A stretch of DNA of 64,000 nucleotides from a virus (IMGVR_UViG_3300026549_000029:1-64000), one strand, 5' to 3'; positions 28,217 through 37,324 are shown, counted from the first letter of the stretch. The notes: generated from the letters alone by a model not told the origin. Made by a program: numbers and translations.

Positions 28217-29575
28217 TTGGGTAAATCTTTTGTTTCTACTTTTCTTTATGATTGTGAATTGCATTTTAATGATAAAGATGGTAAATCTACAGATATTATT
28301 AAAGAAACTGTAAAATATATATTAATTTCTCATGATTATAAAAATAAAATAATGCCTGTTATTTATCTCAAAGTAAATTTAACTCCTTCTCTTTATAATA
28401 AAATGGTTCCTCAGCAAGGAGTAGGAAAAATTATACTTACTTTATCTCGTATAAGGGATTCAGGTTCTACTTCATCTATTGCTAAGCATGTAGTAAATGG
28501 AGAATTTGATTATTATATGACAGATGATCCTAATGCATATAAAGCTCTTGATGAAGTAGCAGAAGCTAATGGTAATATTGCATATAAAACTTGTACTATT
28601 GGATTAATTAAGTCTGATATAATATCCAAAAATCAAAGAAGTTTTGAAGGAGTATATAAAAATACTAATACTCTTTCATTAATTCAATCTGCTACATCTA
28701 ATATGAATATTATTATTCAACCCTTTACAAATAATACAGATATAGAAACTTTTACTTGTCCTGCTGTTACTTCTGTTGGACAATTCATAAATTATGTAAA
28801 TTCTAAATATTCTTTCTATTCTGGTAATTATATTTATTATATAGATTTTGATAAAACTTATTTAAGATCTAATGATGGATCTTATATAGATATGAAAGAT
28901 AATGATTTTAGATATATAGCATTTGATGTAGAAGATTTAACTCAGTATCAATCTCTCTCTTCTGGTATGGTGGAAGATGAAGCTCAGAATGCTTACATAA
29001 TTTATGTAAATGCTAATGATGCTAAAGTAAATACTGATAGAGTAACTAGTGATTTAAATAGTATTATTACTTCTGTAGATACTTCTCAAGGTGGAGAAGC
29101 TACAGATGTTTCTATTATAGATACATCTGCTATTACTAATATTACAGGTAATACTAATGCTGCTGTTATTATAAACAGTACTGATCCTAATGCTGCTAAT
29201 AATGCAGCTACAATAGTATCAGAAAATGCTAATACTTTAACTATTACAAAAGCAGATATGAATAGTAAAGTATTTACCCCTAATAAACAATATATGCTAA
29301 GCTATTATCATGACAATCCTTCTTATTGTGGATTATATTATTTAGTAGAAAAAACTGAAATATATTTGCTTACTGGAACTAATTTAAAATGTCAAATGAC
29401 TATAACTTTAAAAAAATGTGCAGATTTTGTATCTACTATTCAAGCTAAAGTTAATGCTAGATCTAGTAAAGTTGCAAGTGCTGAAACTACTACTGGTACA
29501 GTTACTGGAGATATTAGTACAAATAGTAATGTAGCAGAAGGAGTAACTTCTTCATCTGCTGGTATAACAAAATAG
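28217..29575 (+). CDS. putative tail/baseplate hub structural protein
   Basis: Late promoter, beta-rich, TTG start with GGAGG SD. Confidence 0.45.
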   Translation: MGKSFVSTFLYDCELHFNDKDGKSTDIIKETVKYILISHDYKNKIMPVIYLKVNLTPSLYNKMVPQQGVGKIILTLSRIRDSGSTSSIAKHVVNGEFDYYMTDDPNAYKALDEVAEANGNIAYKTCTIGLIKSDIISKNQRSFEGVYKNTNTLSLIQSATSNMNIIIQPFTNNTDIETFTCPAVTSVGQFINYVNSKYSFYSGNYIYYIDFDKTYLRSNDGSYIDMKDNDFRYIAFDVEDLTQYQSLSSGMVEDEAQNAYIIYVNANDAKVNTDRVTSDLNSIITSVDTSQGGEATDVSIIDTSAITNITGNTNAAVIINSTDPNAANNAATIVSENANTLTITKADMNSKVFTPNKQYMLSYYHDNPSYCGLYYLVEKTEIYLLTGTNLKCQMTITLKKCADFVSTIQAKVNARSSKVASAETTTGTVTGDISTNSNVAEGVTSSSAGITK

Positions 29576-29600
29576 TTATTATATTATAAAGGAAAATAAA

Positions 29601-30314
29601 ATGAAAAAAGAAGAAAATAAAAATGAATATAATATAACACTTGAAAAAATTTTATTACATATTAAGACTATATTAATACATAAATATTGGGTAGGAAAAT
29701 ATTGTTTTAAATGCGGTTTATATTGGAGAGGTATTAAACATGACTTAAGCAAATTCTCTCCTGCTGAATTTATTCCTAATATAAGATATGTAAAACCCGG
29801 TATATCTCCAATAGATGTACAAAGACAAGAACTTGGTTATGCTAAAGCTTGGTTTCATCATAAAGGATACAATTCTCATCATTGGGTACATTTTGCTGAT
29901 AGATTTGATGAAGGATGTTATATGACAAGAATGCCTTTAGATGATGCTATAGAATGTATATGTGATCTTATTGGAGCTAATAGAGCCTATAATGGAAAGA
30001 ATTATAGCCCTAAAACTCTTATAGATTATTGGGATAATAAGATTAAAAATAGAGAAGCTATTCATTATGATACAAGAGATTTTATAGATACAATATTACA
30101 TGGTTTATATGACATTTGGGATTATAAACGTACAGGACGAGTAACACAAATATTAGATATATATTGTTGCCACAGATATTCTGATATATTAAATTATAAA
30201 TTCTTAAAGAAAGTATATAATACTATTATTAAGAATTCTAAAAATCCTGTACAGATAAAATTATCTGATATTATTTATAATAATTATAGATATAGAATGG
30301 GATTAATTAAATAA
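29601..30314 (+). CDS. DUF5662-like HD-domain protein
   Basis: HK..V...HDLSKF...HHKGYNSHH...ECICD. Confidence 0.75.
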   Translation: MKKEENKNEYNITLEKILLHIKTILIHKYWVGKYCFKCGLYWRGIKHDLSKFSPAEFIPNIRYVKPGISPIDVQRQELGYAKAWFHHKGYNSHHWVHFADRFDEGCYMTRMPLDDAIECICDLIGANRAYNGKNYSPKTLIDYWDNKIKNREAIHYDTRDFIDTILHGLYDIWDYKRTGRVTQILDIYCCHRYSDILNYKFLKKVYNTIIKNSKNPVQIKLSDIIYNNYRYRMGLIK

Positions 30315-30331
30315 AAAATAAAGAGAAGGAG

Positions 30332-30601
30332 TTAATCCTTCTCTTTATTTTCATCTTTTAAAACAGATTTGGCATCTTTAATCTCCTTAAAAATTTGTTT
30401 ACAATCCTTAAAGAGATCAAACATATTTTTATCTTCTTTTATATCAAATCCATCATTGCACCAGTTTAATACATCTTTAGTAGGATCTGTATCGACCCCA
30501 TGATATCCTAAAAATATTATAATATCAAGTACTTGAGATCTTGTAAAGACTAACCCTTTTTTAACATCTCTTGCAATATCTTCATTAGTATAATTTTTCA
30601 T
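30332..30601 (-). CDS. hypothetical protein
   Basis: AAGGAG SD on minus strand. Confidence 0.6.
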   Translation of the reverse strand: MKNYTNEDIARDVKKGLVFTRSQVLDIIIFLGYHGVDTDPTKDVLNWCNDGFDIKEDKNMFDLFKDCKQIFKEIKDAKSVLKDENKEKD

Positions 30602-30723
30602 TAACCATCTCTCCTTTTTAAGATATATTTATATTGCTTCTTATTGATATAATACTTAATTCAACTTTTTAATAATTAACGTTAATTATTTACTTTTATA
30701 CTGTATAAAGGAGATCTCCTAAT

Positions 30724-31449
30724 ATGAATGCATTCGATATCTTAGAAGCTAAGACTATTTATCAGACTGATATAGTTAAAAAATGTGTACAAGAATCTGC
30801 AAATTACTCAGAAACTAATAAAGATGTGCCTGTTCCTGATACAGTATTTGAAGCTATGAAAATTAATGCTTCTAATCCTGCTAATCTTAAAATTGTTGCT
30901 TTAAGAGGAGAACAGCCTGCTCTTTATATTGAAGCTTTTGAATTCTTTACTTTCTGTGAAGCCACAAATAAACCTTTTGATGAAGCTGCTAATAGTATTC
31001 TTAATGAATATCTTGTATCTAATCCAGAATTAGAAAATGCTGAATTTCATGTAGTATTTCCTAGTGATTGTGTAAGTAAGAATATTCTTGGTGGAGATAA
31101 TTTAGGAGTAGAAGTTAAAAGTGATTGGGCTATGAAGCTTATCAGAGGATGCAGAAGATATGGATTAAAAGTCAATATTGGTAAAACTTCTGATTATCCT
31201 GAAGCTGAAGGTAAAGATGAAAGTAATAATAAAGAAGAAACTGAATCTAATGTTAAAGAGGGAGCTATTGAAACTTTAGAAAATATGATTAATAAAGCAG
31301 CAAATAAAGTAGACAAAGAATTTTCTGATAGAAAAGCTGTAATAGATAAATTAGAAGATGCAAAAAAAGCTGTAGAAAAGTTTAATGATAGAAATAAAAA
31401 GAAAAAACAAGAGAAATATTCTGAGATTAAAGATAAAAAGAAAGATTAA
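30724..31449 (+). CDS. putative virion/head protein
   Basis: Late promoter; ILEA, VQES, VKEG motifs. Confidence 0.5.
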   Translation: MNAFDILEAKTIYQTDIVKKCVQESANYSETNKDVPVPDTVFEAMKINASNPANLKIVALRGEQPALYIEAFEFFTFCEATNKPFDEAANSILNEYLVSNPELENAEFHVVFPSDCVSKNILGGDNLGVEVKSDWAMKLIRGCRRYGLKVNIGKTSDYPEAEGKDESNNKEETESNVKEGAIETLENMINKAANKVDKEFSDRKAVIDKLEDAKKAVEKFNDRNKKKKQEKYSEIKDKKKD

Positions 31450-31595
31450 TAAAATAAAGGGAAGAGTATTTACTCTTCCCTTTATTTATCAAAATATAAT
31501 ACACATTCTACTACAAACTAAAATAAAAATTATATTTTTCAAATAAATATTATAATCATGAACTCAGACATAATATTTTTAAGAAAGGAGATAAT

Positions 31596-33389
31596 ATGAA
31601 AAAAGTATCTAAACACCCAATGAAAAAATCTGAGTTAGATCGATTAAAACCGATTATACAGGAGAAACTGGTTATGAAAGGAGTGTCAAACCGAGCTATG
31701 AGAGAGATTGCTAATGAACTTGGTATAGATGCCGGATTAGTTGTAAAAATTAAACAGAGAACTGATTCTAATTTTTATAAGAAAGAACCAGTTCCAGTTG
31801 CAACTGAGACATCTATTCAGACAGTAGCGATGCCAGTTTTGACAGAAGCTATACCTGTTCCAGAACTGGAGGATGCAAAAGAAGAAAAAGAAAAAGATCT
31901 TAATGAAAGAAAAAGATTACAACTCGATAAAGTAAGAGAAAAAGCTATTACAGCAAAGAAGCATTTTTTAACAGCAGAAGAAAAAAAGAACCTTATTAGA
32001 GATTATAAAAGTGGTAAATATTCTCAGCAGAAACTTGCAGACATTTATGATGTCTGTACTGGTACAGTAGGAAATATTCTTAAGAAAGCAAAAACGAAAG
32101 AGGGTGAGGGAATGAAAAGAAAGGGTAAGATTACAACTAAGAGGAATAGAGATAATAAGAAACGGCAGCCTATCATTCCCAAATCAAATACTTCTATTGT
32201 AACTACAAATACTACTGCAGAAAATGCTGAAATTTATGCAGTAGTTAAGTTTGTCACTGACATCCCAGTATATGAAAAAGAATTGATAAATAAAAAGAAT
32301 ATTATCTGGGCACTATCGAAAAATAGGGATATTAGTGATCTTGGACCTGATCTTTATATTAACTCAAAAAATGATATGAGGAAAATCAATGATCTGAGAG
32401 GAAGATATTATTTAGTATCTTTCTCAAATAATAAGCTGCAGTTAATTGATTTCTTTGATGAGACAAATAAAGAAATCATTCCATATGCTCAGGAGACATC
32501 TATCCTTTATGAAAATGAGGATGGGATTATTAGTAATAGTCAGATTGTAGAAGCAATTAAAATCATTTTAAAGTATGATAAATCCATTGAAAGAAGTAGA
32601 CTTAGATTAGATGATTTTGTACTTGATCCTTCTAAGTTCACTAATCTGCAGAGAATTTTCGGTTTTGATAAATTCTCTTTCAATCTTGCTTCTAAAAATA
32701 ATTCAGTAACTGTAGAAGCAGGATTGGTAGCAGATAGGCATAATATGCCTGTTGGAAGATTCATTTATCCTGAAGCATTATCTCAGGATTTGATGTTTAA
32801 CTATCCTGAGCAGGAAAGAATTGCTCAGGATTTTCTGAAAGCAAATTTCGATTTTGATCCTGATAGTAATGATAAAAGGATCAAAGTTTTAAAATTGTAT
32901 ATTACTGGAATGCAGTGTGCTTTTGCTGCTGTGATGAAGGTGTGTACAGAGATGGGGGTTAATCTAGTTGCAATGCATTATAACTCTGCAACTGGAGGGT
33001 ATGTTCCCCAGTATATTGTGGGACAGGCAGAAGAAACTGGAGCATATGTGAAAGGATTTGATAGAATTCTTTCACAGAAAAGTCTTAATGGAGACATTCT
33101 TCTGTTTAATTGTACTTATGAAGATTTCTCTGAGACTAATATTGACAACTTTTATATCATGGAAGCTGCCAAAATGAGAAATACAAGTAGTACAGATAAC
33201 CAGAAGGATGAAAGCATTATAATTGTGATTAAGAAAAGGGAAGATATTTGGAAGATCTATCCTACTGTATTAGATCACATTATAGATAATGATGGACTTA
33301 ATCTGGCAGTATGGGTAACCACTGCTCGGATTAAGGAGAATAATCTTCAGTGGGGAATGAATATAATTAAGTCATTTAATTATAAATAA
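31596..33389 (+). CDS. multi-HTH protein with C-terminal CARF/Csx3-like Rossmann domain (tentative)
   Basis: HTHs SNRAMREIANELGI and SQQKLADIYDVCTGTV; GL...RH.MP...LYITG...HY motif. Confidence 0.5.
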   Translation: MKKVSKHPMKKSELDRLKPIIQEKLVMKGVSNRAMREIANELGIDAGLVVKIKQRTDSNFYKKEPVPVATETSIQTVAMPVLTEAIPVPELEDAKEEKEKDLNERKRLQLDKVREKAITAKKHFLTAEEKKNLIRDYKSGKYSQQKLADIYDVCTGTVGNILKKAKTKEGEGMKRKGKITTKRNRDNKKRQPIIPKSNTSIVTTNTTAENAEIYAVVKFVTDIPVYEKELINKKNIIWALSKNRDISDLGPDLYINSKNDMRKINDLRGRYYLVSFSNNKLQLIDFFDETNKEIIPYAQETSILYENEDGIISNSQIVEAIKIILKYDKSIERSRLRLDDFVLDPSKFTNLQRIFGFDKFSFNLASKNNSVTVEAGLVADRHNMPVGRFIYPEALSQDLMFNYPEQERIAQDFLKANFDFDPDSNDKRIKVLKLYITGMQCAFAAVMKVCTEMGVNLVAMHYNSATGGYVPQYIVGQAEETGAYVKGFDRILSQKSLNGDILLFNCTYEDFSETNIDNFYIMEAAKMRNTSSTDNQKDESIIIVIKKREDIWKIYPTVLDHIIDNDGLNLAVWVTTARIKENNLQWGMNIIKSFNYK

Positions 33390-33481
33390 TAACATTTAAA
33401 GGGTGGGTATAAAATAATAATTTACTACTCCTGTAACTAATAAATACAAAGTTGCAGGAGTAGTAAAGTAAAAGATAAAAA

Positions 33482-33893
33482 GGTCTTATTGGATATTATA
33501 CATATATTTTATGTATAGGTAGTTTCGATTACTGTCAAGACTATTAGTATCACAGAGTTATTTCCGAAATATGAAGTAGGATAGTAATAAAGGTTTTGGT
33601 TATAAGCAATAGCTCTGGCTAACCAATTTATTATTTATTATAAAATAATAAGCCTTGTTATAAAGCTGTGATGCAAAGAGCTTTAGGAAATGAGTTTTGA
33701 TATATTTTGTAATTTCCTAATATAATGATGGAAAAAATATATCTGGGCAAAGATTTAATATTTATTAAAACTCTAATAAGTATTAAATTGTCCACCACTT
33801 GAGTAACCTATTGAAGAGTGGTATCTAGTATTTATTATGGTACTAGATGTTTTTATATATAATAATAGACTGATCAACTAATATTATATATAG
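33482..33893 (+). ncRNA. candidate large structured ncRNA A (pseudoknotted)
   Basis: ORF-free, nested helices and two crossing pairings (see findings). Confidence 0.55.
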
Positions 33894-33914
33894 ATAAAAA
33901 TACATAATACAATA

Positions 33915-33988
33915 CGGGGTGTAGTTCAGCTCAGTAGAACGCTTGATCTGGGATCAAGAGGCCGTGGGAGCGAAGCCCACCACTCCGA
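33915..33988 (+). tRNA. tRNA-Pro(UGG), atypical (C33, T-loop AGCGAAG), no encoded CCA
   Basis: Full cloverleaf: CGGGGTG/CACTCCG, CTTGA-TCTGGGA-TCAAG. Confidence 0.8.
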
Positions 33989-33989
33989 T

Positions 33990-34270
33990 GCCTAGCATAT
34001 AAAAATATTTTATATAGCTAACCTGGAGGGCCAGGCGTTTGGGTTAATACGACATAACCCATTATTTAGTGAAAGAGTGATTGGGCAATACTTCCATTAT
34101 CATGGTGCAGACATGCATAGTATTTATAGAGGAGGTCCCTATAAATATAAAAGGCCAATCTAGGATAGAATCTTCGGATAATCACTGCAGGATACAGTGT
34201 GAACTGAGCATGATAAGACTATCTGAAATTCGGATCATGAGTTAGTCATGGTGGATGCATCATGCAGTAT
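33990..34270 (+). ncRNA. candidate structured ncRNA B between tRNA-Pro and tRNA-Ile2
   Basis: GC-richer than the genome, several hairpins and long-range pairings. Confidence 0.5.
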
Positions 34271-34279
34271 ATTAATTTT

Positions 34280-34353
34280 GGAGCATTAGCTCAGTTGGTC
34301 AGAGCAGTCGGCTCATAACCGATCGGTCCCAGATTCAAATTCTGGATGCTCCA
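34280..34353 (+). tRNA. tRNA with CAU anticodon, likely Ile2 (lysidine) rather than Met
   Basis: Cloverleaf GGAGCAT/ATGCTCC; arm GTCGG-CTCATAA-CCGAT resembles Firmicute tRNA-Ile2. Confidence 0.85.
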
Positions 34354-34362
34354 CTCTATCTA

Positions 34363-34435
34363 CTCATGGTAGTCAAGCAGTAAAACACAGGACCTTAAAT
34401 CCTGCATTTTGATGTTTCGATTACATCATACCCTA
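34363..34435 (+). pseudogene. degenerate tRNA (Gln-like) with UUA anticodon and unpaired acceptor stem
   Basis: CAGGA-CCTTAAA-TCCTG and GATGT-TTCGATT-ACATC arms intact; 5' acceptor strand does not pair. Confidence 0.55.
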
Positions 34436-34466
34436 TTATTTTTTGTAATTAAAAAGGATAATAAAT

Positions 34467-35057
34467 ATGTCAGAATATAAAAGAGTTTCTTGTCCAAAAG
34501 ATCATCCAAAATATAAAAATAATGGAAAAAGACAAAGAATAGGTGAACATATTTTAATAGCAGAAAAGAAGATTGGAAGATATTTAAAAGATAATGAAGT
34601 TGTTCATCATATTGATGAAAATAAAAAGAATAATAATCCTAATAATCTAATTGTATTTAAAAATGGATCATATCATACATCTTTTCATGATGGAGCAAAA
34701 TTAATACAATTAAATGATGGAACATATATAACAGAAAGAAAAACTATAACAGTAAAAACGGAAAATAATAAACGTGGTGTAAAAGTAATTTGTCCAGTAT
34801 GTAATAAAAATTATATGAATAATTTATCATCTATGTGCAGAGAATGTTATATTAAATCAAATAAAAATTTTAATTATGATATTCCAGAAAAAGAAAAATT
34901 AATAAATAATTTTGTGGAAAATGATTTTAATAAATCTAGAATAGCAAGATTATATAATGTATCTCAAAACTCAATAAGAAAATGGTGTAAAAAATATAAT
35001 ATAAAAGATGTTATAATTAATATTAATATGAGTAAACCTACTAAAGAACGAAAATAA
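34467..35057 (+). CDS. free-standing HNH homing endonuclease (HNH + Zn ribbon + HTH)
   Basis: EH..IAE...VVHHIDENKKNN..NNL...H..FH; CPVC..CREC; IARLYNVS..SIRKW. Confidence 0.88.
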   Translation: MSEYKRVSCPKDHPKYKNNGKRQRIGEHILIAEKKIGRYLKDNEVVHHIDENKKNNNPNNLIVFKNGSYHTSFHDGAKLIQLNDGTYITERKTITVKTENNKRGVKVICPVCNKNYMNNLSSMCRECYIKSNKNFNYDIPEKEKLINNFVENDFNKSRIARLYNVSQNSIRKWCKKYNIKDVIININMSKPTKERK

Positions 35058-35074
35058 ATATTAATATTTATTTA

Positions 35075-35792
35075 AGGAGTGATCTGGTAATACCTTCCTA
35101 TCAATATAGGTTGCTGATGAGCGTAAAAAGGCAGATCTTAGTGTTGATAGTTTAATAAAATCTCCTCCTGTGAATTTTTATTAAACTATATCTTACTATC
35201 TAGAGTATAGTAAGGTTGGGACCCATATACCTATACATGAAGACTGGATATGGAGTTAATGGCAGACATGTCATGCTTATTATGTTTTTCTATTATAGAT
35301 GTCAAAGTTTATAATAGAATTTAGTAACTTCTAATGGTAATCTGGCCAATTACTATTACCTTGTTTCTGCAAAACATATGAGAAAGTACAACTCATAATA
35401 GGGTTTAAAAGAAGTTGCAAGCAGAATATACTGAGATTTTATGAGTTTGATCAGTATATAATGTAAAACTCCTCAAGGGTATAAACAAAGACTGTGTAAT
35501 CTTTGGTAGATATACCCTCTCTTGATTTGCCAGGTTAATGTTAATAAAGGTTTCATCCTAGGCATAGATAGAGTTGGGATGTGAGAAGTCCCTGGAAAAC
35601 TTCGAGAGCAACTAAGCTACTAGATCGTAGTTATAGGCTTGGCTAAGAATCAAGGAGTACTAGCTATCTTAGTAGGGTATAGAAGAATGGGAGAGGCCCA
35701 TCTACTAAAACCGGAAGAGGCAGTAGCTTCTTAGATTGCTTAGATGTAGAAGTATAAAAAATCTGCTGGCAATATATAAAAGTATTGCCAGT
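35075..35792 (+). ncRNA. candidate giant structured ncRNA C (~720 nt)
   Basis: ORF-free, continuous multi-branched helices, directly upstream of tRNAs. Confidence 0.65.
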
Positions 35793-35802
35793 ATTATTTT
35801 TT

Positions 35803-35873
35803 GCCCCCTTAGTATAAAGGTAGTACTATGGCCCTTGAAGCCAGTGGAAGTGGATCGTTACCACTAGGGGGTG
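35803..35873 (+). tRNA. tRNA-Gln(UUG), atypical (C33, T-loop ATCGTTA)
   Basis: GCCCCCT/AGGGGGT, TGGC-CCTTGAA-GCCA, AGTGG/CCACT. Confidence 0.75.
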
Positions 35874-35878
35874 CTTCT

Positions 35879-35950
35879 CTCCGATTAGCTTAATGGTAGA
35901 GCACTGAACTTTTAATTCAGCTTATATGGATTCGACTTCCATATCGGAGA
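35879..35950 (+). tRNA. tRNA-Lys(UUU)
   Basis: CTCCGAT/ATCGGAG, CTGAA-CTTTTAA-TTCAG, TTCGA loop. Confidence 0.88.
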
Positions 35951-35954
35951 TTAT

Positions 35955-36036
35955 GCTCGGCTGGTGGAATTGGCAGACACAGCGGATTTAAGCTCCGCTT
36001 CCGGAAGGAGTAAGAGTTCGAATCTCTTGCCGAGCA
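35955..36036 (+). tRNA. tRNA-Leu(UAA)
   Basis: GCTCGGC/GCCGAGC, GCGGA-TTTAAGC-TCCGC, long variable arm. Confidence 0.92.
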
Positions 36037-36296
36037 TTAATATTTAATTCCAAGATTTGAAGATATAGGTATTTCTAAAATTAAATATTAATTATATTTC
36101 TATAAGAGATTAATCTCTTATAGAAATAATTTATTAAAAAACTATTTTATTTTTTTTTTTGAATACTTCTATATAATATAAATTCTTATAATCTTATTTT
36201 ATTAAATAAAAAGGTGAAACAAATAATTTAAATAAATTTATGAAATCATTATTATAATTTTATTATATAATATATAAAAAGGGGAGTAAATATATT

Positions 36297-36794
36297 ATGG
36301 CTATTTTTAGTGTTAATGATAGTAGTTTAGGTGAGTATTTGAATGAGCATGGTGGTGCTCATAATAAATATGCAAAAATGATTGCTGATAAAGATAAAAA
36401 ATTAAAAAATAGAGAAGAAGCATTTAGAAATATAGGAACAGATGCTGCTAATGAAAAAGCCGATAAAGCTAGAAGAGAAAGAAACGAGCTTGCTGATAAG
36501 AATTTAAAATACATTGATGATTACGGAAATGATTATATATCTAATGTATATAAAAAGAAAAAAGAAGATGAAAAAAGTGGAAAAACTGTAAACTATTTTC
36601 AAAAGAATCAAAGAACTAGCTATGCAGAAGGTAAAAAGAGATTTAAAAGAGATTTTGGTAGTAAATCTAAAGATACTACTAATACTAATGATAGAAGGCC
36701 TGGAACTTATTTAGATGCTCAAAAGAAACTCAGAGAAGCAGCAGAATATATTCTTTCTGTTCTTGATGAATCTGAAAAAAAAAATGATAGATAA
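36297..36794 (+). CDS. putative internal head protein with MAIF leader
   Basis: MAIFSV...YLNE, highly charged body, LREA/LDES near the C-terminus. Confidence 0.55.
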   Translation: MAIFSVNDSSLGEYLNEHGGAHNKYAKMIADKDKKLKNREEAFRNIGTDAANEKADKARRERNELADKNLKYIDDYGNDYISNVYKKKKEDEKSGKTVNYFQKNQRTSYAEGKKRFKRDFGSKSKDTTNTNDRRPGTYLDAQKKLREAAEYILSVLDESEKKNDR

Positions 36795-37126
36795 TAAGGA
36801 ATTAAATAATGCATTTAAAAATGCAGTTAAATCTAAAGCTAAAGAATTATCTAATAAAGGAAAAGTTGTAGATATAAATTCTCTTCCGGATAATGATGAT
36901 AATTATATAAAAGATAAAATTAAAAATAGATTAAATAAATAATAAAAATAAAATCAAAAATTAGATAATATTTGTCTAAACTTAATGATCTTTTATAATT
37001 AATATTATTTTTATAATATACTAAACCCAATAGGTTATTCCTATTGGGTTTAATTATCTAAAAAACTCTTTTATAATATTTGATAAAATATATTTATACA
37101 ATATATTATAATAAGGAGAAAATAAA

Positions 37127-37324
37127 ATGGAATGGGATGAATTTAAAAACCTTAAATTAGGATCAAGTTCTAAATCTAATTATGAATATAAAGAAACATT
37201 AACTGATATTAATTGTCCAGTATGTGGTGATAAAATATATAGAGATGATAGTGTAATATTGACAAGTATTCCACCAAAATATAGATATTTTTGTAAAAAA
37301 TGTAAATGGAATAGTTATGCTTAA
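37127..37324 (+). CDS. small Zn-ribbon protein (paralog of 26939..27127)
   Basis: MEWDEF...CPVC...ILTSIPPKYRYFCKKCKW. Confidence 0.7.
   Translation: MEWDEFKNLKLGSSSKSNYEYKETLTDINCPVCGDKIYRDDSVILTSIPPKYRYFCKKCKWNSYA

Noticed and set aside
34393-34399. Ochre suppressor tRNA implying stop-codon reassignment
   Set aside because: The acceptor stem cannot form, TAA is the dominant stop, and genes are intact in code 11 with TAG and TGA also used as stops
33482-35792. tmRNA, RNase P RNA, group II intron or hammerhead identity for the structured regions
   Set aside because: No tRNA-Ala-like ends (TCCACCA at about 33790 sits within other helices), no GAGGAAAGTCC/P4 pair, no domain V, and CTGATGA at about 35114 lacks the GAAA core
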